DNA from: Proteromonas lacertae
Lineage: Eukaryota
DNA: 64,000 nt
Reading direction: 5' to 3'
Assembly (NCBI GenBank): GCA_002245135.1
Contig: NGBS01000016.1
Span: 62,001-126,000 of the forward strand
Every line of letters starts with the position of its first letter. The first letter of the stretch is position 1. Made by a program: the position numbers and the translations under genes. Under the pieces are notes generated by a model. The model did no database searches. It worked only from the letters and a program-made list of their open reading frames with translations, and was not told where the DNA came from. This document shows, piece after piece, positions 15,635-28,708 of the stretch.

Positions 15635-16975
15635 ATGAATGGTGTTTTAAGAAGAACATTCAAACCGAATTTGATGATTTGCAGAAGATTGAATAGTGTA
15701 TGTAATAAAAGTGTGAAATTAAAGAAAGTGTTTAAAAAGAGAGAAGTATATATGATGATTGGAGGATGTATGACGATAATGTATATGTATGGAGATAAAA
15801 TATTTGCATGTATCCTTTTTTTACTATAAAATTGCTTAGCTGAAAGTAATTTGAGGATATACACTTTTTTGGCATCATTTTCATGTATATATATAGTGAT
15901 TATCATGTAATAGTTATTATCATTTTATTTTGATGTACTTGAACATGCAGATGATGATAAGCAAAGATTAAAATGTTATATAAATATTGGTGAATATTAT
16001 TTAGAGTTAGTATTGTTGTAATGATATCATAAATGAATTAGGAAAAGTATGGTGAATGTATATTATGTTTGAAAGAAGCTTTAAAATTGAATATGACAGA
16101 AGAAGAAAAGTGCAATATATATTCAATGTTAGGAGATGCATATTATATGCTTGTATAGAATAAATATTTATAACAACTATAGGGTTACTACAAAGAAGCA
16201 ATTGTGTATTTGAAAGAGAGTATAAAGAATGATACTTCAAACAAATCGATTAGAAAGAAATATGAATCAATTGGTTTTTGTTGTTGTTTTGGTGTATATA
16301 ATCAAAATATATAATATTATATGTAGGGAAAATGTGAAGAAAGAATAGAATATTGTAAATTAGGATTGAAATATGCAGATAGAGAAAAAGATAAGTATAA
16401 TCTATATCGTCATATCAGTCGTTGTTATGGAAAATTAGTATAACGAAATAATTTATTATTGGTATAGAATGATCATTATAAAGAAGCTCTATATAAGACT
16501 AAAGCAGATTAGATATATAGTTCATATCATAATTCTATATATGATAAAGAGTTAAGAGAGAAATATTTTCAAGAAGTATGAAATCTATTTATTATGTGTT
16601 TTTATATATATAGAAGAAATACAAAGAATTAATACCACTATTAGAATCACAAATAAAACGATGTAAAACTCGAATAGATATATGAATTATCTGTTATGTT
16701 AGGTGATTGTTATTATAACATTGTATATACATTGATAATATTTAATTATATAGAATGAATATTCAAAAGCTAAAAACTGTTATGTAAATGCAGTAAAAAG
16801 ATGTCCATACAGTTATGAAAAACGAGAACTCTATAGAAAACTGTCATTTTATTGTTTAGAAAATGAAGAAGACAATGAAGCAATAGTTTCAATAATGAAA
16901 AGTGGAAGATGCAATATTATTAATTTATTACTGACTTACATAAAATCATCCTTCAAGCTATGGATTAATAATTAG
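15635..16975 (+). CDS. TPR-repeat protein with basic N-terminus (possible organelle presequence), many introns
   Basis: Exons read like TPR helices (KCYINIGEYYL; YIFNVRRCILY; NEYSKAKNCYVNAVKRCP); Arg/Lys-rich acid-poor N-terminus. Confidence 0.55.
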
Positions 16976-17123
16976 TTAGTTTAATAAATTTAAGTATGAA
17001 TTTCCTTGTTTTAGTAATTAAAATATCATATTATGATTATTTTCAATGATACTTTCATTGCTTTCTCATCAAAAAATGAAAAAATAATAATCAAGCCTGA
17101 TTTGTGTTTCATTTGATTTTGAA

Positions 17124-20100
17124 ATGAATATCTTGCTAATTACAATTGTTTTGAGTATGATTATGTTTTTTACATGATAGATTTATGCTTAGCGTTTAAC
17201 TTCCCCCCTATCCAAGATGTAGGGAATGTCCCTTTTGGTATGTTGAATAATTGTTAATAATAGACATCAATGCTGATTGTGCCATTCGAAATTTAGCTTA
17301 CAAATATTCCAAACAACTGTTTAAAGACCGAAATGAGATGAAAGATGTTTTTGATGGTTTAGAACTTCAGAGTCGTTGTAACAACAGTGAGATAAGAGAA
17401 AGTGAATATGTTCGACCGAAACCAGTATTAGAAGGTAAAGAGATCTATATTGATATAAAGAAAGGCGATAATAAGAACAGTGGAAGTATTGATTCTCCTT
17501 TATTAGATATCGAAGCTGGAATCCGAATGTGTCGATCTATTGGTGGTGGTTGTAGTATAATATTACGAGAAGGAATATATTTTATAAATGAAACAATAAA
17601 GTTATATGGTTGTGATTCAAATTTATCAATAATAGGATATGAGAATGAGAAAGTAAAAGTGAATGGTGGTAAAGAGATTCGAGATGTGAAATGGGAATTA
17701 TTTGATAATGAAATAATCATGTATAAAGATATAAGTGTTGGAAGTGATTTAAAAATCGATGCAGGTAAAAACAGTAGTGGAATTGAATATAAAGGAATAA
17801 TGAATGATGTAAATGAATGTTTAAAATCCTGTAAAAATGATAAAAATTGTCTTTCATTTATGTATAAAATAATAATAATATATAAATATTATATAAATAT
17901 AAATAGATATTATGGAAATGAAATATCTGAATATTCTAAAATGTGTTATTTACGAAGTAATATTTATATAAGTCAAAAGAAAAGTAAAGGAATAATATCT
18001 GGTATAAAAAAGAATATTTATCGAACTTATGTGAAAGATATAAATGGTTCTCATTTCAATCAACTATTTATAAATAATAAACGAATGACTCGAGCTCGAT
18101 ATCCAAATGGAAATGCTGAATATATGGGTTATTGGACTAAACCATCTGGTTTATTATCTAAAGGTAAATGGGAAAGTAAAAGTGATGAAGATAGAAGTGT
18201 TGAAATAATAATATCTGAACCTAAAGTAAGTAAATCTGAATATACTGATTATTCAATTGGTTTAAATGGTCCATTAAACGAATTTGATCCTCCTCGTATA
18301 ATATAACAATGATGATAATATTTTAAAATAGAATCTTATTGGGGTTTAAAGAATCCTCATGCTGGTGGTGCTTCTACTTATACAGTTCCTAAAGGTATAA
18401 CAGTAACAGATGAATCATTTAGTATGAATAAATGGAATAATAGTAAAAGTGGAATATTACATGCATTTCACAGTGGATATTGGGGAAACTGGATGTTTGA
18501 GATCGATAGTTATGATTATGAAAGTAAGAATATAAAATTTCGTCGAGGTGGTTTTCAAGAAGCTCGAGGTAGACCATCTGGTGGAGATGTATAAATATAA
18601 ATATATATAATATATTTAATATTATTATTGATATAAAATGAATAGTATTATATTGAAAATATATTTGAAGAATTAGATGTTCCAAATGAATGGTATTATG
18701 ATATAAATGTATAAAATATAATGAATGTTTATTTATATATTAAAATGAAAATAGACGAATTATTTATATTATTATCCAAATGAAACAATAGAAGAAGCTA
18801 ATACGATAATAATATCTCAATTAGACAGTTTAATCTCCATAATAGGAAATAAAGAAAATCCCGTTTATAATATAACCATCGATGGAATAATATTTGAAAA
18901 TACTCGATCTACTTATATGGAGAATTATTTAGTTCCTTCAGGTGGTGATTGGTCAATTCATCCGTATATATATAATATAATAATAATAATAATAATAATA
19001 ATGAATAGTGGTGGAACAATAAATGCTAGAGGAGTAGATGGTTTAGTAATAAGAAACAATATTCTTGAAAATTTAGGTGGAAATGGAATTTATATAAGTG
19101 ATTATTGTCGAAATGTGTTAATATTGAATAATGAGATAAAGAAAATAGGTGATAGTGGAATAATACTATATGGTAAAGCCTATTTGAATGATGGAACTAG
19201 AGGAGAACAACCTCGAAATACCAAAATAATTCATAATATAATTCATGATGTAGGAATGTATGGTAAACAAACATCCGCAATATTCCAAGCAATAAGTTGT
19301 GGAACATTAATTGAAGAAAATATTTTGTTTAATGGTCCAAGATCTGGTATAAATCTGAATGATGGCTTTGGAGGAGATAATATAATTCGTCGAAACTTAT
19401 TATTCAATTGGGTTCGAGAGACATCTGATCATGGTCCAATCAACAGTTGGGATCGAATGTTAATATTGAATGATGTCTACTATAAAAATCACACAGCAAG
19501 TTATAATATTTTAAAAAGTGAAATAAATCGATGTTTTATAATAAATAATTATCACAGTGTTTGGCCTTTAGATCATGATGATGGATCAAGAGAATATTAT
19601 GACAGTTATAATTTCTTAATCTATGGTGGTTTTAAGAATTACTTAGGTCATTCCAAATCAGGTATTGCTATAATAATATTTATATTATCTTAATAGCTTG
19701 TCATAATATCTATGTTTATCCAGATGGTTATGCTTATGATCAAACTAACGATCTAAAGGAATGGTTTTCTGAACCTTACTGTGTATCTACTGGTGGTGCT
19801 AAATTAGACATTTCTGGATATGATGATTTTTGGAATAACAACACTTGTATAATCAATAATCATCATGCTTATAATTTTAACTTTGAAGGAAGTGAAGTAA
19901 ATCCTAAATTAGTATATTATATTATAAATAGTTTTTATAAATAGTATCCTAATGTTGATTATAATACAATATACATTCTACAAAGTAATTTGACCACTAG
20001 TATGAATGGAAGGATGATTTCAAGAGAAGAGCTAGAGAAATATGGTTCAAACAAAGGAACAGTAGTGAAAGATATAAAAGAGATAAGTGTTGATAGGATA

Positions 20101-20136
20101 ATCGAAATGGGAAAAGAAGTGCTTGAGATGAATTAA
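17124..20136 (+). CDS. Secreted right-handed beta-helix protein (GH141-like glycoside hydrolase fold) with a PAN/apple-like insert
   Basis: Hydrophobic N-terminus; motifs LREGIYF, QLFINNKRMTRARYPN, YYIENIFEELDVPNEWYYD, beta-helix repeats, DHGPINSWDR, LDHDDGS. Confidence 0.7.
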
Positions 20137-20300
20137 TTGTTATTCCATTTTTTATAGACACTTTATATATTCATTCTATTTCGATTATTTTGATTTTTGT
20201 AGTGTTGTATTATTAGATACAATCGAGATTGATGAAAAAAAGTATCAAGCAAAGTTTGAATATTAAAAAAGTGATCCGTTTTTCTTCTTGTTATATCTCA

Positions 20301-23042
20301 ATGAATAGCCAATTTACAAATATTTTAGACTTATCACAAAGTATACCAGACCAACAAAATGCAGATGGAGAAGATAGAGAGATAGTACGACATAATTGAC
20401 ATAATCACTTAGATTTTCTTGTGTATTTACTTATTCAAAGAAAAGTATTGTGGTTAATAATGTATGTGATATAATAGGTTGGGTATTTCAACTTACAATT
20501 TATCAAAGAACTCAATATCCTGTTCTTCAATATACATAAGCGACAATGACATAAATATGATCATAGAGCAGAGTATAGAATAATAATATTTGGTTTTGTT
20601 ATAGTGAAACTTCAATTTGATCCAAAAGTGATAATTGTCCAGTACTATAGATATACCTTTTATAATTAGACCATTTTTAGATGAAAATATAATGTATCTC
20701 CTTAAAAAACCAATCGAATCAGATGTTAAAACCAAAGAATATGAAATTAAGATAATGAAGTCAAATAGCTGTATAATATTATACTCTATATAGTTCATAG
20801 TCGATTATTATATGTCAATTAAACTGTTAGAATCAATAGAAATTCCAAATAATGTCATATACAACTTAAATTCAACAATCGATTTATATGAAGATGAAAT
20901 GATAAGATCTATAGGTGGACTATTACACTATTTAATAAAATACAAAGTAATCAATCAATTAGAAGATAAATCTACTCCAATAAAAGTTAATTCAATATCA
21001 ATGTTTTCATTGAATGATTATATGTTTATAGATTATGTATATATATATATATATAATTTTTATATTTTATGAATAGAATACATTACAATCATTACAAATA
21101 TTTTCAACAGAATTACATCCATCATGTGTAAAAAGAATGGGTAAGTCAAAAGAAGGTTTTTCACTCTTCGGAATATTCGATAGAACAAGCTCCATAATAG
21201 GAAGAAAATTATTAAAAGAATGGATGTTAAAACCATTAAAGAATAAAATATTAATCGAAAATCGATTAAAGACAGTTGAATATATATTAAACCACAATGA
21301 GATGAGTAATGAGATAAAACGTTTATTAAAAGGAATTAAAGATATTCCTGGAATATTACTACGTATAAAGTTAGTTAAATGGAACTATAATGATTGGATC
21401 AATTTGTACAATCTATTAAACCAATCAAATCAAATTAAAGAAATAGTTAAACTGTTTTATAATGATAATAATAATAATATTGAGTTATTCAATAGAATAT
21501 TGAACATAATGAATGATGAAATAATCGATTTACAAAACCAATTTGAAGTTATGTTTGATATAGAATCAAGTAAAGATTGTAAACAGTTAATAATAAGTGA
21601 AGGATATAATGCTGATTTGGATAGTTTAAGGGAGAATTATGATAATATTGATGAGTTCTTAGTCTCTATTACGAATGAGGAGAAGTTGAGGTTGAATGAT
21701 GTCAATTTTACAGGTAATTACAAATATTTACCTCAACGTATTTATTTTTAATAATAATTATGTATATATATTCAAATAGTTGGTTTTTTATTAGAAGTTC
21801 CATTAAAAGATAAAGAAAGATATATTAGCAGTAATAATCATTACATATTTGCCTTTGAGAATGATATATTCATATACTTTCAAGATAATAAGACGAACGA
21901 ATTAAACCAATATTTTGGTGATATTTACACACTAATAATAGATAAAGAAAACAGTATAATACGTACTATGGAGGAGTATATAATCAGATATGAAGGATTA
22001 ATCTTATCAATATCGAACTATATCAGTGAATTAGATTGCTATTTGTGTTATTGTGAGATTATTATAGAATATAAAATGGTAAAACCATCGATAGTTGATG
22101 ATAATGTAATCTATATTAAAGTATATATCTTACTCTTTATTTATATAATTCTATTATTTATGTGTGTTTATAGGATGGAAAACATCCTCTTCAGGAACTT
22201 ACTGTTGAAAACAACATTCCAAATGACACTGTTCTATCACCTCATAAAGAAGGAGGTATTAATATAATCAGTGGTCCAAATTACAGTGGTAAATCTGTCT
22301 ATTTGAAACAAGTTGGTATTATAGTCTATTTATCCCATATTGGATGTTATATTCCTGCTAGTAAAGGAGTAATTGGATTGACTGATAAGATATTTAGTAG
22401 AATAAAGTCATATGAAAGTGTTACTATTAATGAAAGCACATTTTCTATTGATTTAATACAGATTTCAAGGATGTTGAAATATTGTAGTAATAGGTCATTA
22501 TTATTAATTGATGAATTTGGTAAAGGTACAAAAATTGAAGATGGAATCTCATTGGTTGGAGGATTAATATATCATTTATTAGAGGAAAATAGAATCAGTA
22601 ATAATATACCGAAATGTATTATAGTTACACATTTCATGTCATTATTAGACAGTATATATATATATATTATTATTATTATTATTGTATAGTTCCTGATTTA
22701 TTAAACAACACAGAAATAATTCTTTTACAAATGAAATTATCAATAAATAATGAAGAAAAAGAGAATATTATAATTCCATTATTCAAATTAATTCCAGGAA
22801 TATCGAAAGATTCTTATGCATTTTACTGTGCAAGACAGAATGGAGTTGGTGAATCAATTATTAATAGAGCAAAGGAAGTAAGTGATTGTATTTTGAACAA
22901 AAGTGAGATCAAAAGAGTAGATGAAGATAAACAACGAACTGAATTGGTAAGATATGAGAAAATATTAAAATATTTCTATGAAAGAAGAGATTGGAGTGAA
23001 AATGAAGTAAATATCTTGTTGAATCTGATAAGAGAGAGTTAA
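20301..23042 (+). CDS. MSH5: MutS homolog 5 (meiotic crossover factor)
   Basis: KEGFSLFGIFDRT, SGPNYSGKSVYLKQVG, ESTFSIDL, SLLLIDEFGKGT. Confidence 0.88.
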
Positions 23043-23110
23043 AAGTTTTATTACTTGATATTATTATTATTTTATTTCTTGCAAATGTGTTTATTCTATG
23101 TTATTACCCT

Positions 23111-23865
23111 AAAACAATACACAAAATATAATCTCTCTTTTACTTTTATTAGAAAAGCATTTTAGAACATTCGGAATTGTTTTCTTACATTACTGATACC
23201 TTTTTGAGTTACACTTTCGTGAGCTACTACATTGAAACGAATGGTTTTACTTAAAGGTCTGCATTGAGCTAAAGTTACTACATCTCCTTCTTTTACACTG
23301 AAACAGGGACTGCAGTGAGCTGGAGTATTACTGTGTCTTTTTTCATATCGACGATATTTTCTTATATATTGTAAATAATCACGACGAACTATCACAGTTC
23401 TCTTCATTTTGGTTGATAATACTAAACCCTTTAAAATACGACCTCTCACATTAATATTTCCTGTGAAAGGACATTTGTTGTCGATGTAACTTCCCTAAAA
23501 CAATATTATAAATATTCATTTATACTTGAGTTGCTGTCTTGGGGGCTTTGAATCCTAAACCTACATCTTGAACCCATCTGGATTTAGCTCCTTTCTTTGA
23601 ATGTAAACCATTTCCTAAGAAAACTGGTCTTTGCTTTTGGAACGCATTTTCGTTCTATATACATATATATCATTTTTATCATACTTGACCAACGATTTCG
23701 TTACTCATTTTATAAAAATGATAAGAGAGATTATGAAAAAAACAAGTGTCAAATTTAATAGAAATAAAGAAAGAGAAATTCCCTTAAAAATTTTACCCCC
23801 TTCTTTTCAAATATGTTTGACTCGTTATGAGAATCAAGCCTAGATGTATTTTTCTTATTTTTATG
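23111..23865. repeat. Left arm of ~755-bp inverted repeat (partner 27836-28590)
   Basis: Reverse complement matches the right arm in every line compared, including introns and flanks; identical ORF translations. Confidence 0.95.
23162..23708 (-). CDS. RPS11: 40S ribosomal protein S11 (uS17), copy 1, two introns
   Basis: [19 protein letters not shown]...RYEKRHSN...[13 protein letters not shown]. Confidence 0.97.
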
Positions 23866-23917
23866 TTCTTCCAAGGTATACTACTATCAAATAATATCAA
23901 ATATATAAAAATCGGAT

Positions 23918-24610
23918 TTAAACATATCTTTTAACCTCAAAGAAACTAGTTAAAGAGTATAATTGTAATCCACTAACACCTAATAACACTATACTTTCAG
24001 CAAAAGTTGCCCAAAATACTCTATTATAGGTACTTTCAACAGCTATAATTTATTAGAAACAAAATAATATATACTTTTTTTATGAACTTTTTCTCTAACT
24101 TTCATATATTCCATTATCTCTTGTAATTCAATGATTTCATGCGAAAAAGCAATAACAGACTTTTCTAATGGATCAATATGTTCTATAAATGATAATGAAA
24201 ACAATAAAATACCTTTCTTAGCAAACTCTTTATGAGAAAAACCTTCACCATGATAAAAAGAAAAAGTAATGGTTTTCTCAGAGTTATCTGAAAGGTTATT
24301 ATCAAAACATAATGTATAATCTGCTGCTTTGACTGTTATTTCAAATCTATCTCCTGTTGCTTGTTGTTTGTTGTATATTTCTTTACCACTTTCGTCTGTA
24401 ACCTAAAGATAATGTACAGGAATTGTATACTTTGACATTTATTTGCATTTGACCACCAGCACCTACCTCAAATGAACCTGAGAGAGTAGTATCAGCATCT
24501 ACTCTTTCTATAATGCATTCTGTAGAATAAGCTGGTACTTTAATTATAAGTGCATCAGAAAAATTGAAAAGCAAAACTAATACTACTGCTAGAACTAAGA
24601 ATTTCTTCAT
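23918..24610 (-). CDS. p24/emp24/gp25L (TMED) cargo receptor
   Basis: Signal peptide, GOLD domain (VPAYSTECIIE...YTLCFDN), coiled coil, C-terminal TM and FFEVKRYV* tail. Confidence 0.9.
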
Positions 24611-24775
24611 TTAAAAATCAAAATTTTCTATACGACTAACATTTGTTTAGGGTAAAACACATCATTCATAGATCTTTTCTTTTTGAAGTATATTGCAATC
24701 TATATATATATTGACCATTATATTTTGTCTTCTTTTATTATAATCTATTTATTAATCGAAATAGGTTCAATAAGG

Positions 24776-25476
24776 ATGTCATTGCCTACATTTAATTATA
24801 AATTAGTACTTCTTGGTGATTCAGGTGTTGGAAAATCATGTTTGGTAGTACGTTTTGTAAAAGATGAATATGCTGGAGGTCTTCCAACCCTAGGAGGTAT
24901 TTTTATTTAAAGTGATTGTTTATGATTTTTCTTATAGCATCATATTTATCACAGTCACTGACATTGGATGATGCAATTATAAAATATGAAATTTGGGATA
25001 CAGCTGGTCAAGGTATTACTAAATCCGTTTTATTTTCTGTTTATAGAAAGATATCGTAGTTTAGCACCAATGTACTATAGAGCAGCAGCAGCAGCAATTG
25101 TAGCATTTGATATAACAAGTGCAGTATATATATGTTTACAATTAATTATAATTAGGAATCATTCAATGGAGCAAAGACCTGGGTGAGAGAATTACAAAGA
25201 AGAGGAGAGCCTGATTGTGTAATAGCATTATCTGGTAATAAATGTGATATGGAAAGTGAACGAAAAGTAGCAAAAGAAGAAGCTGAAGAATATGCTCAAG
25301 AAAATAATTTGTTATATATGGAAACATCAGCAAAAGCAGGTACTAATGTAAGAGAAATATTTGTAGCAATTGCTAATAAACTACCAAGAAAAGCAAAGCC
25401 AGAAGTTAAACCACTTGTTGTTGATAATAATCCAACTACAAATGTAGGTCCAAGAGGTAAAACATGTTGTAATTAA
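24776..25476 (+). CDS. RAB5: Rab5-family small GTPase, three introns
   Basis: [43 protein letters not shown]-terminal CCN. Confidence 0.92.
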
Positions 25477-25630
25477 AAATCTATTTTTTTGTTCTTATTT
25501 CAATTTATTTATTTACAAAATTTAACAATTTTCATAATTCTGATTATTTATATAACATACAACAAAGCAAAAATATATAGTAAATACAATATATATGGAT
25601 TTATAATACAAAAAGTATCAAATTAACTAA

Positions 25631-27011
25631 TTAAAGAAATCCACCTCCCATTCCACCCATACCACCTCCCATTCCACCCATTCCACCTCCCATACCCATT
25701 CCACCCATACCACCACCCATGCCTCCCATTCCACCCATACCACCTCCCATACCTCCCATACCTCCCATACCCTCCCCATACCTGCATCCCCATACCACCT
25801 TGCATTCCTCCCATACCACCCATTCCACCTTGCATTCCACCCATACCAGCCATACCCATACCACCTGCCATACCCATACCTCCAACCATACCCATACCTC
25901 CCATTCCTCCCATCATCATCATTGCAGCTGCATTCATATCACCTCCACTTCCCTTCTTCTTTCCCTTCTTTGCCATACTAGATTGCATTTGTGCCATTGC
26001 TTCCATCATTTGAGCTTGAGCTACAACAGCACCCATCGATTCAATTGGATCATAATTACTTGCCATACCTGTATTCATACCACCATTCATTCCTCCAGGC
26101 ATGCCACCATTCATACCACCAGCATTATTGGTTGGCTTTACATCAAACATTGACATTGGATCTATTGCACTACTGTCATTATTATTATTACCACCAAAAC
26201 CACCCATATCATCATCTCCTCCAAAACCACCTGCATCATTTCCACCGAAACCTCCATCATCAAATCCTAAATCATCATTACCTCCTGCTGTTTCACCTCC
26301 AAATAAATCATCTTCTTCTTCTTGATCTGATGGTGGAGGTGGTGCTTTTTTGCTCTTCTTTCCTTTAGCTGCTGGTGGAGCTTTCTTGCCTGCTGTTTTT
26401 TTGCCTTTAGCTGTTTTCTTCTTTGGCTTTTCTTCTTCTCTATAACAGAAATTATAATAATTTTGTAATTATACTCATCTCCTGATGGTGGAGCCATTCC
26501 TTCATCTTCATTTCCTGATGCTTCAGCTATTACATCTTCATCTTCGTCTTCTTCTTCATGCTTCTTTGGCTTCTTGTAGTATTTCTTTTCTTCATAAGCC
26601 ATTCTGATGAAATCCTTGAATTTATCTAAATTATCTCCCTCTTGAGGCATATCTTTCACACATGACTTTTTTGCTAACCAAATCTTCTTTGCATTGTCAT
26701 TACCACCGCCATTTTCTGGTTTTAATTTATCTACTTCAGCTTGTGTCCAACTTGACATTGTTATACTCTAGTTTAAATAATTATGAAATAAAAATCGATA
26801 CTTTAACAAGGTGTGAGAAGGATTGATGTGCACTTTTGCAATTATGACATACAAATGTCTTGTAAGGAACTATAATATAATCTATAATTTTTATACTAAC
26901 AACATTTGGATGACCAAACTTATTCTCATTACCACAATTTAAGCAAATCTTATTGCATGGCAACTTTCTTAATTTTTGAAGTTGTTGATCAACGGTTAAT
27001 GCTTTTGGCAT
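25631..27011 (-). CDS. ArfGAP-domain protein (AGFG-like) with Gly/Met-rich tail; apparent frameshift near 25780
   Basis: LRKLPCNKICLNC...FVCHNCKSAHQSFSHLVK, MSSWT, GGGNDNAKKIWL, FIRMAYEEKKY; GGM repeats. Confidence 0.8.
25640..25922 (-). repeat. Low-complexity GGTATG/GGAATG repeat encoding (GGM)n
   Basis: Directly visible C-rich tandem degenerate repeat on the + strand. Confidence 0.9.
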
Positions 27012-27835
27012 CTCTTAAAATCAAAAGATTAGATCTTTAAAAAATTATTGGTTATTATAAAATGAATAATAATTCATTACATTGCTGTTTATATCGGATA
27101 TTAAATGATCTAATAAATATAGACAAGTTTTATTGATTGATTTATTAAATCATTTAAATCGAAATTAAAAGTGATCCGTTTATATAAACATTCAAATACT
27201 GTATATTACTGTGATGTATTGATGAGGATGCAATTTATTTAAAATATCAACAATATATAGTAATATATGATTATAATAAAACAATCAGCAAGATTTAGAT
27301 TGTTATTTATTTTTCATTTCATTGGATATGAATATATGTTCAATTAGAGGAAAATATGTTTGAAAAATGTATATTCACACTAGTAAAGTTGTAAATTAAG
27401 AATTTTGCAGAAGTGTAATTACATACATCATAATAATTAAAAGTGATTAATAATCATCTAATATTGAGTTTCATTACTATTGAACATAGGAATATTCTAA
27501 TTTGTAGTATTAATCACTAAATACTTACTCTAGAAACTTTTATTCAAACATAACATGCAAATAAAAATATACCAATTCATATCCTGCATTATTTCTTAGA
27601 TTAAATAACTTTAATACCTATATCTCTTCATGTACAGTTTAATTACAATAATTCCAGTAAATAACTATTAGTCATGTCAACTGCGTTGAGACATTTTGTC
27701 CAAAAACTATAACTATCAACAAATACCAATAACACCATAATCACATCATACTAACTTCTTACGCATATTTTTGGTAGTAATAAAAATATTTCTACACTCA
27801 ATCAAATTATACAACGAAAATATACCTGAGAAGAG

Positions 27836-28590
27836 CATAAAAATAAGAAAAATACATCTAGGCTTGATTCTCATAACGAGTCAAACATATTTGAAAAGAA
27901 GGGGGTAAAATTTTTAAGGGAATTTCTCTTTCTTTATTTCTATTAAATTTGACACTTGTTTTTTTCATAATCTCTCTTATCATTTTTATAAAATGAGTAA
28001 CGAAATCGTTGGTCAAGTATGATAAAAATGATATATATGTATATAGAACGAAAATGCGTTCCAAAAGCAAAGACCAGTTTTCTTAGGAAATGGTTTACAT
28101 TCAAAGAAAGGAGCTAAATCCAGATGGGTTCAAGATGTAGGTTTAGGATTCAAAGCCCCCAAGACAGCAACTCAAGTATAAATGAATATTTATAATATTG
28201 TTTTAGGGAAGTTACATCGACAACAAATGTCCTTTCACAGGAAATATTAATGTGAGAGGTCGTATTTTAAAGGGTTTAGTATTATCAACCAAAATGAAGA
28301 GAACTGTGATAGTTCGTCGTGATTATTTACAATATATAAGAAAATATCGTCGATATGAAAAAAGACACAGTAATACTCCAGCTCACTGCAGTCCCTGTTT
28401 CAGTGTAAAAGAAGGAGATGTAGTAACTTTAGCTCAATGCAGACCTTTAAGTAAAACCATTCGTTTCAATGTAGTAGCTCACGAAAGTGTAACTCAAAAA
28501 GGTATCAGTAATGTAAGAAAACAATTCCGAATGTTCTAAAATGCTTTTCTAATAAAAGTAAAAGAGAGATTATATTTTGTGTATTGTTTT
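27836..28590. repeat. Right arm of ~755-bp inverted repeat (partner 23111-23865)
   Basis: Reverse-complement identity with the left arm; degenerate extension to 27821/23880 with three mismatches. Confidence 0.95.
27993..28539 (+). CDS. RPS11: 40S ribosomal protein S11 (uS17), copy 2
   Basis: Same as copy 1; introns 28017-28046 and 28176-28206. Confidence 0.97.
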
Positions 28591-28708
28591 TATTTTATTT
28601 TATTTATAACAACATAAAGAAAAGTACAAAATAATATATTTTAAAAAAAGTTAAAAACAATACAATAAATGAAGAAGTAGAAAAAAATCAACTATTTTTT
28701 AATAATTT

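Noticed and set aside
23631..23843. 70-aa ORF and its mirror at 27858-28070
   Set aside because: Antisense to RPS11 exon/intron/promoter; duplicated only because of the inverted repeat
25770..25790. Frameshifts in ArfGAP tail, Hsp70 (~37458) and secreted protein (~57615) as programmed frameshifting or editing
   Set aside because: They fall in or near short homopolymers/repeats and share no signal; sequencing indels are more likely. Needs read data.
25719..26368. His/Pro-rich plus-strand ORFs
   Set aside because: Antisense shadows of the Gly/Met repeat
23918..27011. p24, Rab5 and ArfGAP as a functional trafficking cluster
   Set aside because: Trafficking genes are common across the window; adjacency alone is not evidence without conserved synteny
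23111..28590. Inverted repeat as transposon TIRs
   Set aside because: Arms are a ribosomal protein gene; no transposase inside and no target-site duplication at the flanks
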